Assembly (NCBI GenBank): GCA_022841645.1
Contig: JALHRC010000003.1
Location: 6,553-70,552, forward strand
Length of the DNA stretch: 64,000 nucleotides
Direction: 5' to 3'
Source of the DNA: Minisyncoccota bacterium
Lineage (GTDB): Bacteria; Patescibacteriota; Minisyncoccia; Phycocordibacterales; UBA918
Shown here in pieces: positions 29,669-38,680 of this stretch. Each line of letters begins with the position of its first letter. Position 1 is the stretch's first letter. The notes beneath the pieces were generated by a model that worked only from the letters and a program-made list of their open reading frames with translations, did not search any database and had not been told where the DNA came from. The translations under genes and the position numbers were made by a program.

Positions 29669-29883
29669 TTATGTAAGAATGATTAAGAAATCGCCCGCGC
29701 CTCCCTCAAAAGAGTGTGCGGGCTTTTCGTTGTGTGGGGTATAATTTTCACGAACAACAATGAGTACTGGAGCTTGCCAACTCTGGCAAATGTCCATGAG
29801 AGCAAAGGTGCCCTCGTACGCGGGCCCGCACCAAAACCAGGTAGAGAAGTCCGGTGCAGGACTTGACCCAGAATCACGGATTT
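29669..29883 (-). pseudogene. decayed fragment of an EEP (exonuclease III-like) gene paralogous to 44434-45162
   Basis: minus-strand translation ...APDFSTWFWCGPAYEGTFALMDICQSWQ... aligns with APEQLAVPLSKLGYQTTFAPMDIRQSGQ of the EEP protein; nucleotide block 29778-29812 about 85% identical to 44980-45015; no start codon. Confidence 0.4.
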
Positions 29884-29990
29884 TTATTTCGTCTGCGACT
29901 CATAAAAATGCTCGTGTTCTTGGTCGGCCCCTCGCGTAGGTTGCTCCTTAGTGGTCGCAACCTACATGCGCCGGGGCTTCAAGTCCTGAC
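29851..29990 (+). repeat. repeat module A1: partial tRNA-Val 3'-end copy + AGAATCACGG + covarying hairpin
   Basis: CCGGTGCAGGACTTGACCC (29851-29869) repeats tRNA-Val 3' part; hairpin GTAGGTTGC...GCAACCTAC 29937-29966; homologous to module B1 at 45212-45350. Confidence 0.6.
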
Positions 29991-30044
29991 ACAACGCCCG
30001 CAGGGGCGTTGTTCACCACGCACCGTCGTCGCTATGCTCCTCAA

Positions 30045-30140
30045 GTGGGGTCAAGTTTCTAATTCGCTACGCTTATAAGAACTTGCTCCCCTGGCTCGCC
30101 TGTTTTCTGCTGTAGGGACGGAGCAGAAAACATGGCTCCG
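30045..30140 (+). repeat. repeat module A2 of structured repeat family
   Basis: GTGGGGTCAAGTTTCTAATTCGCTACGCTTATAAG...hairpin GTTTTCTGC..GCAGAAAAC (30102-30131)...CATGGCTCCGCCTCGCAC; aligns with C1/C2/D. Confidence 0.65.
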
Positions 30141-30182
30141 CCTCGCACTCGAGCCCGCACGCAAAACTGTTTGCGTGCTATA

Positions 30183-30220
30183 CCAAAAAACAATACCCAC
30201 TAGGGGGTATTGTTTTTTGG
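30183..30220. terminator. terminator hairpin 3' of tRNA-Val
   Basis: CCAAAAAACAATACCC-ACTAG-GGGGTATTGTTTTTTGG. Confidence 0.65.
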
Positions 30221-30230
30221 TATGCTCAAG

Positions 30231-30303
30231 TGCGCGGTGCAGGACTTGAACCTACGACCCCCACAATGTCAATGTGGTGCTCTACCAGCTGAGCTAACCG
30301 CGC
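30231..30303 (-). tRNA. tRNA-Val (anticodon GAC)
   Basis: reverse complement: acceptor GCGCGGT/ACCGCGC, D-arm GCTC-AGCTGGTA-GAGC, anticodon loop TTGACAT, T-arm GTAGG-TTCAAGT-CCTGC. Confidence 0.9.
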
Positions 30304-30479
30304 GTGAGTCGAAAGATGGTACCACGCGCCACAAAAATGTGAAATGCAGGTTTTGCTCGGGGGGCTTTTTTGAAGGTAAACCGCTGTTTTTTGGTGGCGG
30401 CGTAACCGTTCCGGGCTAAATGAGAATTAGTGAATTGTTCCAAAATTGCACCGGGTACTCTAGCGGGGAGGTGGTTTGT

Positions 30480-31648
30480 AGCCACGAGTAGGCAACTTTC
30501 ATGGCTTCAAATAAGTCTTATTTACAAACTGTGCATGAGAGCTAATGCACAAGTTCACAAACATTTGAGACTCCTTAGCAATAAGGAAACCATGAGAATA
30601 CGGAGCACGTTGAGAGGAGTGAAGGGGTTTGTGGTGGCGTGGGAGCGTCTGGTACGGTTCCGCTATATGATTAGCGACAAAGCCAAGGAACGGTGCCGGA
30701 TCCTCGCCTTCTGGGAACGACATGGTCTTGACGCCACGAGAGAAGCCTTCGGTGTCTCGCGGGCCACACTCTTCCGCTGGCAACAAGCGCTCCAAAAGAG
30801 ACAAGGGAAACTAGAAGGACTGAATGCCAAGAGCACGGCTCCGAGGCGAAGGCGACAGCGCACCATTCCTGACGCGGTCCGGAACCTCATCTTGAGCGAA
30901 CGCCTCATGGATCCTCGCCTCGGCAAAGACAAGCTGGCTCAGTTAATCAAAGACGACGGCCTCGGCACGTATAGTGCCTCGACCGTGGGGCGGATGCTTA
31001 AGGATCTGCAGCGACAGGGGGTACTCCCTGATCCACGACCGCTGTCCTTTCATGGGAAGACCGGCAGACACCACGAGAAGCACCAGTCATACAAGCCCAA
31101 GCAGCGCAGCACGCACCACGAAGGTGCCCTGGCGAAAGCCGATACGGTGGTGCGGTTTATCGATGGTCTAAAACGATACATCGTCACCGGTATCGATACT
31201 GAGACCAAGTTCGCGTTTGCCTATGCCTATCCGAGCCACTCGTCAGCGGCCGCCGCCGACTTCATGCGTCTCTTTAAAGCGGTGGCACCCGTCTCCATCA
31301 CCCACGTGCAGACTGACAACGGTTCGGAGTTCGCCTGTCACTTCGAAGCCACCTTGGGTGCATATGGGATAACTCACTTCCATACGTACCCGCGCTCTCC
31401 TAAACAGAATGCCGAGATCGAACGCTTTAACCGCACCCTCTGGGAAGCCTTTGCTCGGTACCGCAAGACCACCCTGGCTCATGACCTCTCGGCCTTTAAT
31501 CGAGAGCTGATGGAGTGGCTCCTCTGGTACAACACGAGGCGACCCCACCAGACGCTTGGCCAAGTATCACCGCTAGGGTACATTGTGTCGACGTTATCAG
31601 AGGTGGAGTCTCAAAGGTGCTGGACGAGTACAAGCTATTGACAAAACA
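30480..31648 (+). mobile_element. IS481-like insertion sequence (right end defined, left end uncertain)
   Basis: right terminus TACAAGCTATTGACAAAACA (31629-31648) resembles IS481 terminal repeat ...TACAACCTATTGACAGTTCACA (from memory); no matching left inverted repeat found. Confidence 0.4.
30592..31641 (+). CDS. IS481-family DDE transposase
   Basis: N-terminal HTH (GVSRATLFRWQQ), rve core with YNTRRPHQTLG; ATG 30592 with AAGGA RBS (ORF track extends to 30430); stop lies within a terminal repeat-like sequence. Confidence 0.8.
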   Translation: MRIRSTLRGVKGFVVAWERLVRFRYMISDKAKERCRILAFWERHGLDATREAFGVSRATLFRWQQALQKRQGKLEGLNAKSTAPRRRRQRTIPDAVRNLILSERLMDPRLGKDKLAQLIKDDGLGTYSASTVGRMLKDLQRQGVLPDPRPLSFHGKTGRHHEKHQSYKPKQRSTHHEGALAKADTVVRFIDGLKRYIVTGIDTETKFAFAYAYPSHSSAAAADFMRLFKAVAPVSITHVQTDNGSEFACHFEATLGAYGITHFHTYPRSPKQNAEIERFNRTLWEAFARYRKTTLAHDLSAFNRELMEWLLWYNTRRPHQTLGQVSPLGYIVSTLSEVESQRCWTSTSY

Positions 31649-31716
31649 AGCAAAAGGTGCATTATTGAAGATGGACTACAACGCAACAGCTGCAAAACCC
31701 AAGGAGGATCGCAGCC

Positions 31717-32214
31717 ATGTCCTTTTTCACCACCCGCCGCCTGCTCGTCATCGCCGCGCTCGGCTTCGTCGTCGCCTGTGGGCCCGACAACCGCCCGCAG
31801 CCCGTCGCTTCGGCGCAGTCCGGCGCCCAGCCGGCCTTCGCGGTCATGCCGTCCACGGCCACGCCGCCGGCGCCCACCCAGGTCGCCATGCCGCTGACGG
31901 CCTCGGCCATCTCCGGCCGGTGGAGTCGCTCTGCGCAGTTCCTGGAGCGGAATCCGCAGATCGCCGATGCTCGTGTCGACTTCCAGGACGGTGTCATGAC
32001 CATCTATGATGCCCAAGGTGCTGTGCGCAATCGTGCTACCAGGGTCTCCGGCCAGTTCAATACCTATACGGAGTTCAGTGCCCAGACCATGACCCGGATC
32101 ACCTGGAGGTGCGATACCGTCTCCGAGGGCGCCGCGATTGCCTGCAATGCCGAGGCACTGTACCTCAACACCGGGAATACCAATCGTTGGACGTCCCGCT
32201 ACAGCAGAATCTGA
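31717..32214 (+). CDS. lipoprotein of high-GC (foreign) composition
   Basis: 165 aa; lipobox VVAC; about 68% GC versus about 53% host; followed by two strong terminators. Confidence 0.5.
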   Translation: MSFFTTRRLLVIAALGFVVACGPDNRPQPVASAQSGAQPAFAVMPSTATPPAPTQVAMPLTASAISGRWSRSAQFLERNPQIADARVDFQDGVMTIYDAQGAVRNRATRVSGQFNTYTEFSAQTMTRITWRCDTVSEGAAIACNAEALYLNTGNTNRWTSRYSRI

Positions 32215-32220
32215 GTCCAC

Positions 32221-32258
32221 AGGCCCTCTCCGCAGAAAACTTTCTGCGGAGAGGGCCT
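32221..32258 (+). terminator. perfect 18-bp-stem hairpin terminator
   Basis: AGGCCCTCTCCGCAGAAA-AC-TTTCTGCGGAGAGGGCCT; second hairpin GCGCCGGT-AACATGA-CCGGCGC at 32292-32314. Confidence 0.65.
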
Positions 32259-32351
32259 ACTAAAATTGGTGTACAATAAATAAGTTGCGTTTATGCGCCG
32301 GTAACATGACCGGCGCTTTTCCTTAGGTATAATTAGTCTACAATACTAGCC

Positions 32352-34310
32352 ATGTCCTACTCAGTCGTTGTACCTACTTACTGTCGTCCGGCGAAACTCA
32401 ATCAGTGTCTATGCACTTTGCTTGAACAATCTATCTTACCGGGGGAGGTTCTAGTTGTTGATGATGATTCCCCTGGGCAGGCCACACATCAAGTGTGTCT
32501 AGATTTGGATAATCTATTTCAGCAAAAAAATATCAACCTTAGGTACCTAAAACACAGTAAAAATCGCGGTCCTGCTGCGGCACGGAATACTGGGTTGCGA
32601 AGTGCCGTGTTTGAAACTGTCTTCTTTACAGATGATGACTGCATCTTGCCAACTGAGTGGGCTAGTAATCATATACGAACACATGAATGTCATGTCGACG
32701 CCGCTGCGGTCCATGGGTGGTACACTCCAAAGGCAGGTAAGAATATATATGACGAATACGAAGAGGTTTCTTTAAATCTTTTGCTTCCAGATTTTTTTAC
32801 GTCAGAAATATACGGAGACAGTCCCTTGGTCCCTCTTGCTAATACAGCAAATCTCTCAGTCAAAAAGAGTATTTTAGAGAAAGCCCAGGTATATTTTGAT
32901 GAAAGTATTGTTTTTACCGGTAATGAAGATTTTGAATTCTCCTTGAGTATAAATCAAAAAGGACTTAGTCGTGTCCATATCCCATTTTGTGTTATTCATG
33001 ACAGGGTGTGGGATCTCAGGAGCTACATCAAAGCTGGTGTTTTGCGAGGAAGAGGTCATGACTATTGCGTTCAGAAGTATTTTTTTGGAAGAGGACGAAA
33101 GAGTCTTTTTGCTTTTGTGTCAGTAGCATTGTTTAAGTCGTTTGAGTATGGTTCAAGAAGGTTGCATTTGGTTTTTCTTCTTACGTACTTAAGTCACTGG
33201 TTGGGCAAGACAGTCAACGTTGTAGCGAATTTCAAGCCGCCCCAACCGCTCACATTTGGTATAAGGGTTTCAAGCATGGCTTGGAAAAAAGAAGGTTTAA
33301 TTATCAGGAAACACGAGTGGCATCCCTTTTATGCGGCACATCGATACTCTAATAGGCCACCAAGCACAGGTAATACTTTTTGCTCAGTTATAGTGCCCAC
33401 TTATGATCGTTCGAGTTTATTAAAACTTCAACTTCCATATATTTTAAATCAGAGTATCAGCGCTGAACGTTATGAAATTATTATTGTTGATGACGGGTCA
33501 ACCGATGATACTGAAGAGGTTGTTTCGGATCTTGTTAAACGCAACCCAACTCATACTATTAGGTACATCTATCAAAAAAACCACGGTGCAGCAGCTGCTC
33601 GTAATGCTGGAGCAAAAATAAGTAAGGGCGACCTATTAATTTTTATTGATAGTGATGTGGTTCCTGACCGGCACTGGATTAGTGACCATGTATATGCACA
33701 TAGCTTATTTCCAGAAATATCAGCCGCCGGTGGAGGTCAAATTGTTGAAGCAGAAAACGCGACCATTTTTGACAAGCACAGAAATTCACTTTTTTGTAAT
33801 CAGTTTGCAAAAAGGTACCCTTATTCAACTCTAATTACTAACAATACCTTTCAGCGAGTTCATGCTTTTGACACAGGGAATTTGTCTATTAAAAAAAACG
33901 CCCTTGAATCCCTGGGCGGCTTTGATGAAGATCTATTAAGGCATCAAGATATGGAATTTGGTTTTAGACTACAGAACAGCGGTCGACTGGTTGCTTTGTT
34001 ACCAATTACGGTAAAATCGATAAGATCGACCACTTTCAGGGATTTTATAGATCTTGTCAGAAAACAGGCAATTTCGTACCCAATCCTTTTTCAAAAAATA
34101 AAGCCCTTACCGAAAGAATCATTGAGAATAAAAAACTCAATAGAGAACTACGGCATTTTAATGGCTTTGTTAAATTTTTTATTCAACATTAGCACCTTTG
34201 GCAGGGTTTATTTAATAGAGTGGTTTGTTTTAAAAAAGTACTACAAAACAGTACAGAGTCGTGAAGGCTCAAATTCAAATAATCACGATAGTTCGTTGTC
34301 CTCCGTTTAA
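32352..34310 (+). CDS. tandem family-2 glycosyltransferase (two GT-A domains)
   Basis: two copies of VVPTY..D(D)(D) and GxAAARNxG motifs (aa about 1-110 and about 335-440); AT-rich. Confidence 0.75.
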   Translation: MSYSVVVPTYCRPAKLNQCLCTLLEQSILPGEVLVVDDDSPGQATHQVCLDLDNLFQQKNINLRYLKHSKNRGPAAARNTGLRSAVFETVFFTDDDCILPTEWASNHIRTHECHVDAAAVHGWYTPKAGKNIYDEYEEVSLNLLLPDFFTSEIYGDSPLVPLANTANLSVKKSILEKAQVYFDESIVFTGNEDFEFSLSINQKGLSRVHIPFCVIHDRVWDLRSYIKAGVLRGRGHDYCVQKYFFGRGRKSLFAFVSVALFKSFEYGSRRLHLVFLLTYLSHWLGKTVNVVANFKPPQPLTFGIRVSSMAWKKEGLIIRKHEWHPFYAAHRYSNRPPSTGNTFCSVIVPTYDRSSLLKLQLPYILNQSISAERYEIIIVDDGSTDDTEEVVSDLVKRNPTHTIRYIYQKNHGAAAARNAGAKISKGDLLIFIDSDVVPDRHWISDHVYAHSLFPEISAAGGGQIVEAENATIFDKHRNSLFCNQFAKRYPYSTLITNNTFQRVHAFDTGNLSIKKNALESLGGFDEDLLRHQDMEFGFRLQNSGRLVALLPITVKSIRSTTFRDFIDLVRKQAISYPILFQKIKPLPKESLRIKNSIENYGILMALLNFLFNISTFGRVYLIEWFVLKKYYKTVQSREGSNSNNHDSSLSSV

Positions 34311-34324
34311 AAGCAACTCAATAT

Positions 34325-35851
34325 ATGGAATTAGACTCAGGGATATCAGATTTTACCACTCATGGTTCTGCAGAAAGACGTTTAATGTCTGAGGTTATTA
34401 AAGACTGCATATCTCACCCATTTACTCCGTTTAAGCCACTGCCAAGGAGCATTAAAGCCCTGGTTCTTTTTTGTTTATCCTGCGTTTGGTTTGTAGAGCT
34501 GCTTGGCAGGCGTAGATTCTTTACTGAAAGTAGTTTGGGCAATTTTTCAAATATTGATTCAAGAGTTCGGCGTGTTCTGGGTGAATTAGTCACACAGAAA
34601 GTGATTAAAATGTGGTACGTTTTTGCTACAAAATTATCGGGTGGGTCATCGGTGGTACAAGCGCTTATACAAATTGCTCCATACCAGGCTCCGAACGGCC
34701 TAATTTTTCCTTGGCCTGGTGGTTTAGCCTCTGGTGTAAGTATGAATCTGCACGACGCCATGTGCATAGCACTTGCCGAAACCGTCGAGCGCCACGCCTT
34801 GTACGCTTGGTCGTCAGAACGTAAATTTGAAGCTAGCTATAGAGAAGTTTTTAAAAAAGCTCTTCCGCTGCATGAGTTCAAACCTTACTCAGAGACACAA
34901 CTGTCAACACCGGATTTTTGGAACTGGTCTCTTAGGAATACTGATCAAAAGATGCTCTGGATGTGGTCAAATGAGTTTGTTTCTGGACTCCCCGTGTTAC
35001 TCCCCGCTCAACTCGTCTATTGTAACTATAACCAGGTTCGTCCCGACGAACAGCAGCTTTTAGAGGTTACTTCTAATGGCGTTGCAGCATCAACAAACCT
35101 TAAACTGGCGAGGCATAAAGCAATTTTGGAGGCAATTGAAAGGGACGCCTTTTTACTACATTGGCTTAACGAGACTCCACCCACATGCCTAGATATAGGT
35201 TCTATTGATGACGTTGAGATCCTGGGTCTGCTAGAAATTGTTAAAAAACATGACTACGAAATCACAATTCTCGATTTCCCCAATGATATACAGATACCCG
35301 TCATGGGAGCGCTCATGTTTGGTCCTTCTGGAAAAAGAGCCGTTACCATACAATTGGCTGCTGGCTTTGATGTAAGAGAAACCCTAAGGAAGGTAATTTT
35401 AGATTGCACTCGCTCGCTCCGCGTAGCTAATAGTGAAGTTTCGAAAAGCTTTTCCTACCAAGACATTATTAATAATCCCCAGTTAATTACAAATATAAAC
35501 AGCCGTCGCGAATTATGGCAACATCCAGAAATGATCCCCCATGTAAGTTTCTTAAAGAAAGGACAGGTCATTGGATGGCAGCAATATAAACATAACTATA
35601 GTCTACATTGCAGCATGTCTTTAAATGGTAAGGAGGAATGGGTGCGGACGCGTTTGCGATCACTAGGATATCAATGTTATGTAGCAAATATCACATCCAT
35701 CACAGCAAGACGTTATGGTCTGCATGTTACAAGAGCCTTTTTACCACAGCTCATACCAATGTATTTTGATGAGAAACGCGTCCCGCTCGGCATAATTAGA
35801 TTGAACAAAATGAGAGGCGGATTAAACACTGTTCCACACCCCTTCTTATAA
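34325..35851 (+). CDS. YcaO-domain protein
   Basis: GVSMNLHDAMCIALAETVERHALYAW and TSNGVAASTNLKLARHKAILEAIERDAFLLHWLN match the two hallmark YcaO ATP-binding motifs; about 130-aa N-terminal extension. Confidence 0.7.
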   Translation: MELDSGISDFTTHGSAERRLMSEVIKDCISHPFTPFKPLPRSIKALVLFCLSCVWFVELLGRRRFFTESSLGNFSNIDSRVRRVLGELVTQKVIKMWYVFATKLSGGSSVVQALIQIAPYQAPNGLIFPWPGGLASGVSMNLHDAMCIALAETVERHALYAWSSERKFEASYREVFKKALPLHEFKPYSETQLSTPDFWNWSLRNTDQKMLWMWSNEFVSGLPVLLPAQLVYCNYNQVRPDEQQLLEVTSNGVAASTNLKLARHKAILEAIERDAFLLHWLNETPPTCLDIGSIDDVEILGLLEIVKKHDYEITILDFPNDIQIPVMGALMFGPSGKRAVTIQLAAGFDVRETLRKVILDCTRSLRVANSEVSKSFSYQDIINNPQLITNINSRRELWQHPEMIPHVSFLKKGQVIGWQQYKHNYSLHCSMSLNGKEEWVRTRLRSLGYQCYVANITSITARRYGLHVTRAFLPQLIPMYFDEKRVPLGIIRLNKMRGGLNTVPHPFL

Positions 35852-35970
35852 ATTAAATCATTATTTTTTTGAATTTTACCTTTGCTTTATGAGAAAGGTG
35901 CAAGTAAAGTAGTGACCGTATGGTGTGCATAGACAGATTGCCTGCTTCTTGATCTGCTATAATAAATCCT

Positions 35971-37524
35971 ATGAGTTTTTCGTGGAAAACTAGCCTGGTC
36001 AAACTTTCTGAGAATCGCCCTCTCTGGCTTGTTGGGATGATGGTGCTGGTGTGGTTTGTTTTTGAGCCTGACTTCTTGGAGACAATATTTCAGTTTTTTG
36101 TAGTATTGTCGCAGGCTGCCGATGGTACGCCGTCAGGACAAGATTGCTCGTGCTGTGGAAATGCCCAAAATGGAGGGGAAAACTTCAACACATCAACACC
36201 TTTCTTGTGTGTTTATAAAAATGGTTCCTATGAAATTGACAATGATCTGATGTATGGCAAGAAGACAACTTTTTTTTCCAACTTTGAATTAGGAAGGCGT
36301 GTTTATGAAGAAGGAAGTCTCGTCCCTGAAATTTACAAAATCTCGACAAATCCTGATTTGATAGATGGAAAAATCAAACTACAGCTTATTGAGCTAGAAC
36401 CCGAGGATTCGTACATTGATACGGTTAAGTTATCAAAAATCATTTATCCTGCTACTGCTGAGTTGGTTGTTGATGCGTCTTTTAGCGGTATGTACGCGGT
36501 AAAACGTGACGACATTATTAACCGGGTGGGAGTTTCCGGGGTCAGCCTCACTCCGCAGTTTTTGGGCAATCGGCGATCAACTTCTCCTGAAATTAGTATT
36601 GAAAGATTATCTTCTGAACAACAATTCAATTCTCTTTGCCAAAAGAATCAGCCTGGCATACGCTTCGAAGACGGTGATGTCCTAGAAGTCACCGCTAAAG
36701 TTGAATCGCTTGAGGCCGATAAACTCCTTTTGTTTGTCGGGGCAAACTATCGAGACTGGCTGCTTTCTTCGGATGCGACACCGCGTACAGCACGGAAGAT
36801 CTTGAAGCGAACAGCTCTACTTAGTCCATTTTGGTCTAGTGCTGCTCGCGTTGCAATCATGATATTCATGCTTTTCCCGGTCTGGGTTGTTAGCTCGCTG
36901 CTGTCCACAAGCCGTCAGACAGCAAATGATGGTAGTGAAATGGACTTTATGCGAGCCTTTGGCATCCCCGCAACTAGTGCTGACGTTCCTTCTCGAACAC
37001 CGAAGTGTTTCAATGTGGAATATTGGGACGGTTCACATTTTGTGCCAATAACTTTTATTCAGCCACGATACTGTCACAGCACACTCGAGGCTGTGTCCGT
37101 ACCATGGGAAGCGGTGGACGGACAGGGTCTTCTTAAATTGAGACTAATCGCAACCAATACACACAATCTCTCTTATATCTCACTGGCCGCACCTTCGTCG
37201 TTGATGTTGTATAAATCAGCTGATCTCTCGCTCAGTTCGGCCCACTGCAATCGTGCTGGTGGTGACTCTACCGACGTACTCAGCTCGGAAAAAAATGCTT
37301 CATACGTTCATGTTATTCCTGCCGACACAATTGAGCTCGAGTTTACAGAACCAGGCAATTTTATTGCCAAAGAAGGCGAAAAGGAGTCCTACGTGATTAG
37401 TGTCCGCGGCTTTTACACTAGCCTTTCTGAGGAAAGTAAAGTAATTGCTGGAGACTGGGAATCAAGATTAAGTGAAGAGTCGGCTAACTGGCTGCAAGAA
37501 ATGGTTGCCATGGGACGACGCTAA
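35971..37524 (+). CDS. hypothetical membrane protein (517 aa)
   Basis: N-terminal and central TM segments; CSCCGNAQNGGE cysteine cluster; no known domain. Confidence 0.35.
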   Translation: MSFSWKTSLVKLSENRPLWLVGMMVLVWFVFEPDFLETIFQFFVVLSQAADGTPSGQDCSCCGNAQNGGENFNTSTPFLCVYKNGSYEIDNDLMYGKKTTFFSNFELGRRVYEEGSLVPEIYKISTNPDLIDGKIKLQLIELEPEDSYIDTVKLSKIIYPATAELVVDASFSGMYAVKRDDIINRVGVSGVSLTPQFLGNRRSTSPEISIERLSSEQQFNSLCQKNQPGIRFEDGDVLEVTAKVESLEADKLLLFVGANYRDWLLSSDATPRTARKILKRTALLSPFWSSAARVAIMIFMLFPVWVVSSLLSTSRQTANDGSEMDFMRAFGIPATSADVPSRTPKCFNVEYWDGSHFVPITFIQPRYCHSTLEAVSVPWEAVDGQGLLKLRLIATNTHNLSYISLAAPSSLMLYKSADLSLSSAHCNRAGGDSTDVLSSEKNASYVHVIPADTIELEFTEPGNFIAKEGEKESYVISVRGFYTSLSEESKVIAGDWESRLSEESANWLQEMVAMGRR

Positions 37525-37555
37525 TTTTTGAGCTAGTAATCTGAGCTAGTAATCT

Positions 37556-38668
37556 ATGAATAAAAAATTCATTCTAGGCGTCGTCGTAGCAGGTATTTTT
37601 CTGATAGGCATAATTTTTACAGTCTTCCTTTTTAACTCAAGTACTGAGCCTGCCGTAGAGCCTGGAAACGATTACACTACGGTGCCTGCCGTGACAGAGT
37701 CAGTACCAAAAGGAAAAATCTACCTGTCTCTTCGTACCCTGGGGACCAATCGGGTGGATTTATTCGCTTACGACTTCGAGAAGAAATCAATTGATCCGGT
37801 GCTGTCAACTGAGCCTGAAAAAATTCGCCATACAGGCGTTTTTAATGCTGAGGGCTCTCGCTTCGCCTACTTTGAGCTTTCGGAGTATAAGGAAGTCTAT
37901 GATTTTGGAACCTCTGGAGAAGACAATGAAATCCCTTGGAACCTTAAGGTCCGTGACTTTTCAAAGAAAAAAGCAACAACAGTATTCGATGTTATCTACA
38001 CTCTGAACACCCCTAGGTCACCGACATGGTCGCCTGATGGAACAAAGATTGCTTTTTCCTGGTGGTTAACTCAATCTGACATGGATGAGAAGTTCCGTGA
38101 TCTAAATAACTGGAGAATAAGCTGGCTTGAGCTTAACGACAAGTCTCAGTATAAAAATACAATTTCGCCATACTTCATTGGGACATCGCCTTTTTGGTCG
38201 CCCGATGGTAGCAGTATCATTTTTCAGAAGGCTGACGGCATATATCAAAAGTCGGTTGACACTCTTGAGGAGCAGCTTGTCCTCCCGCATCCGACAGGCA
38301 GTAGTACCAATCTTTTTTCTAAAATTGGTCTTTCGCCAGACAAGTCACTCTTTGCTTGGACATTTGTAGATTTTATTGAACATAATGCAGCTTCACTCGT
38401 TCTCTATCGGGTTGATTCATGGAGTCCATTCTCCGCACGCGCCGCTATTCGTCTTGAGGCCACTAACCCAGGATATCGTTATTACTGGCCGGTCTTTTCG
38501 CCAGATAACAAATACGTTACTGTACAGCGTATTATCCGTGACGCAGATAATAAGGCAGTGAGTTCTTCATTATGGGTATATGACGTTGAAACCGGAGAAA
38601 AGCAAGAAATTATTGACTTAATGGCCTACGACCCCGATGCCTTATTCATTTCTGATTGGAGATGGTAG
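37556..38668 (+). CDS. PD40/TolB-like beta-propeller repeat protein, membrane anchored
   Basis: repeated WSPDGTKIAFSW, WSPDGSSIIFQ, FSPDNKYVTVQ blades; N-terminal TM. Confidence 0.6.
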   Translation: MNKKFILGVVVAGIFLIGIIFTVFLFNSSTEPAVEPGNDYTTVPAVTESVPKGKIYLSLRTLGTNRVDLFAYDFEKKSIDPVLSTEPEKIRHTGVFNAEGSRFAYFELSEYKEVYDFGTSGEDNEIPWNLKVRDFSKKKATTVFDVIYTLNTPRSPTWSPDGTKIAFSWWLTQSDMDEKFRDLNNWRISWLELNDKSQYKNTISPYFIGTSPFWSPDGSSIIFQKADGIYQKSVDTLEEQLVLPHPTGSSTNLFSKIGLSPDKSLFAWTFVDFIEHNAASLVLYRVDSWSPFSARAAIRLEATNPGYRYYWPVFSPDNKYVTVQRIIRDADNKAVSSSLWVYDVETGEKQEIIDLMAYDPDALFISDWRW

Positions 38669-38680
38669 TTGCTTTCTTAG

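Noticed and set aside
29683-29877. 64-aa minus-strand ORF (MILGQVLHRTSLPGFG...)
   Set aside because: It is an out-of-frame reading of the EEP pseudogene fragment. Its similarity to ORF 44736-45029 reflects DNA homology of the two EEP copies, not a real protein.
29973-29988. T-loop-like segments (GGGGCTTCAAGTCCTG here; GGTGCTTCAAATCCCT at 45335-45350) as tRNA pseudogenes on the + strand
   Set aside because: No flanking sequence can form T-stem, acceptor or anticodon arms. They are more consistent with fragments or inverted partial copies of the neighbouring tRNA than with tRNA-like genes.
30421-30560. Left inverted repeat of the IS481-like element
   Set aside because: No convincing match to the right-end sequence TGTTTTGTCAATAGCTTGTA was found upstream of the transposase. 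The element may be 5'-truncated or the inverted repeat too diverged, so its extent is reported only approximately.
31515-32220. Overlapping ORFs of 104-207 aa on both strands of the high-GC segment
   Set aside because: They are a by-product of about 68% GC (stop-codon paucity). Only the frame with a lipoprotein signal (31717-32214) and downstream terminators is credible.
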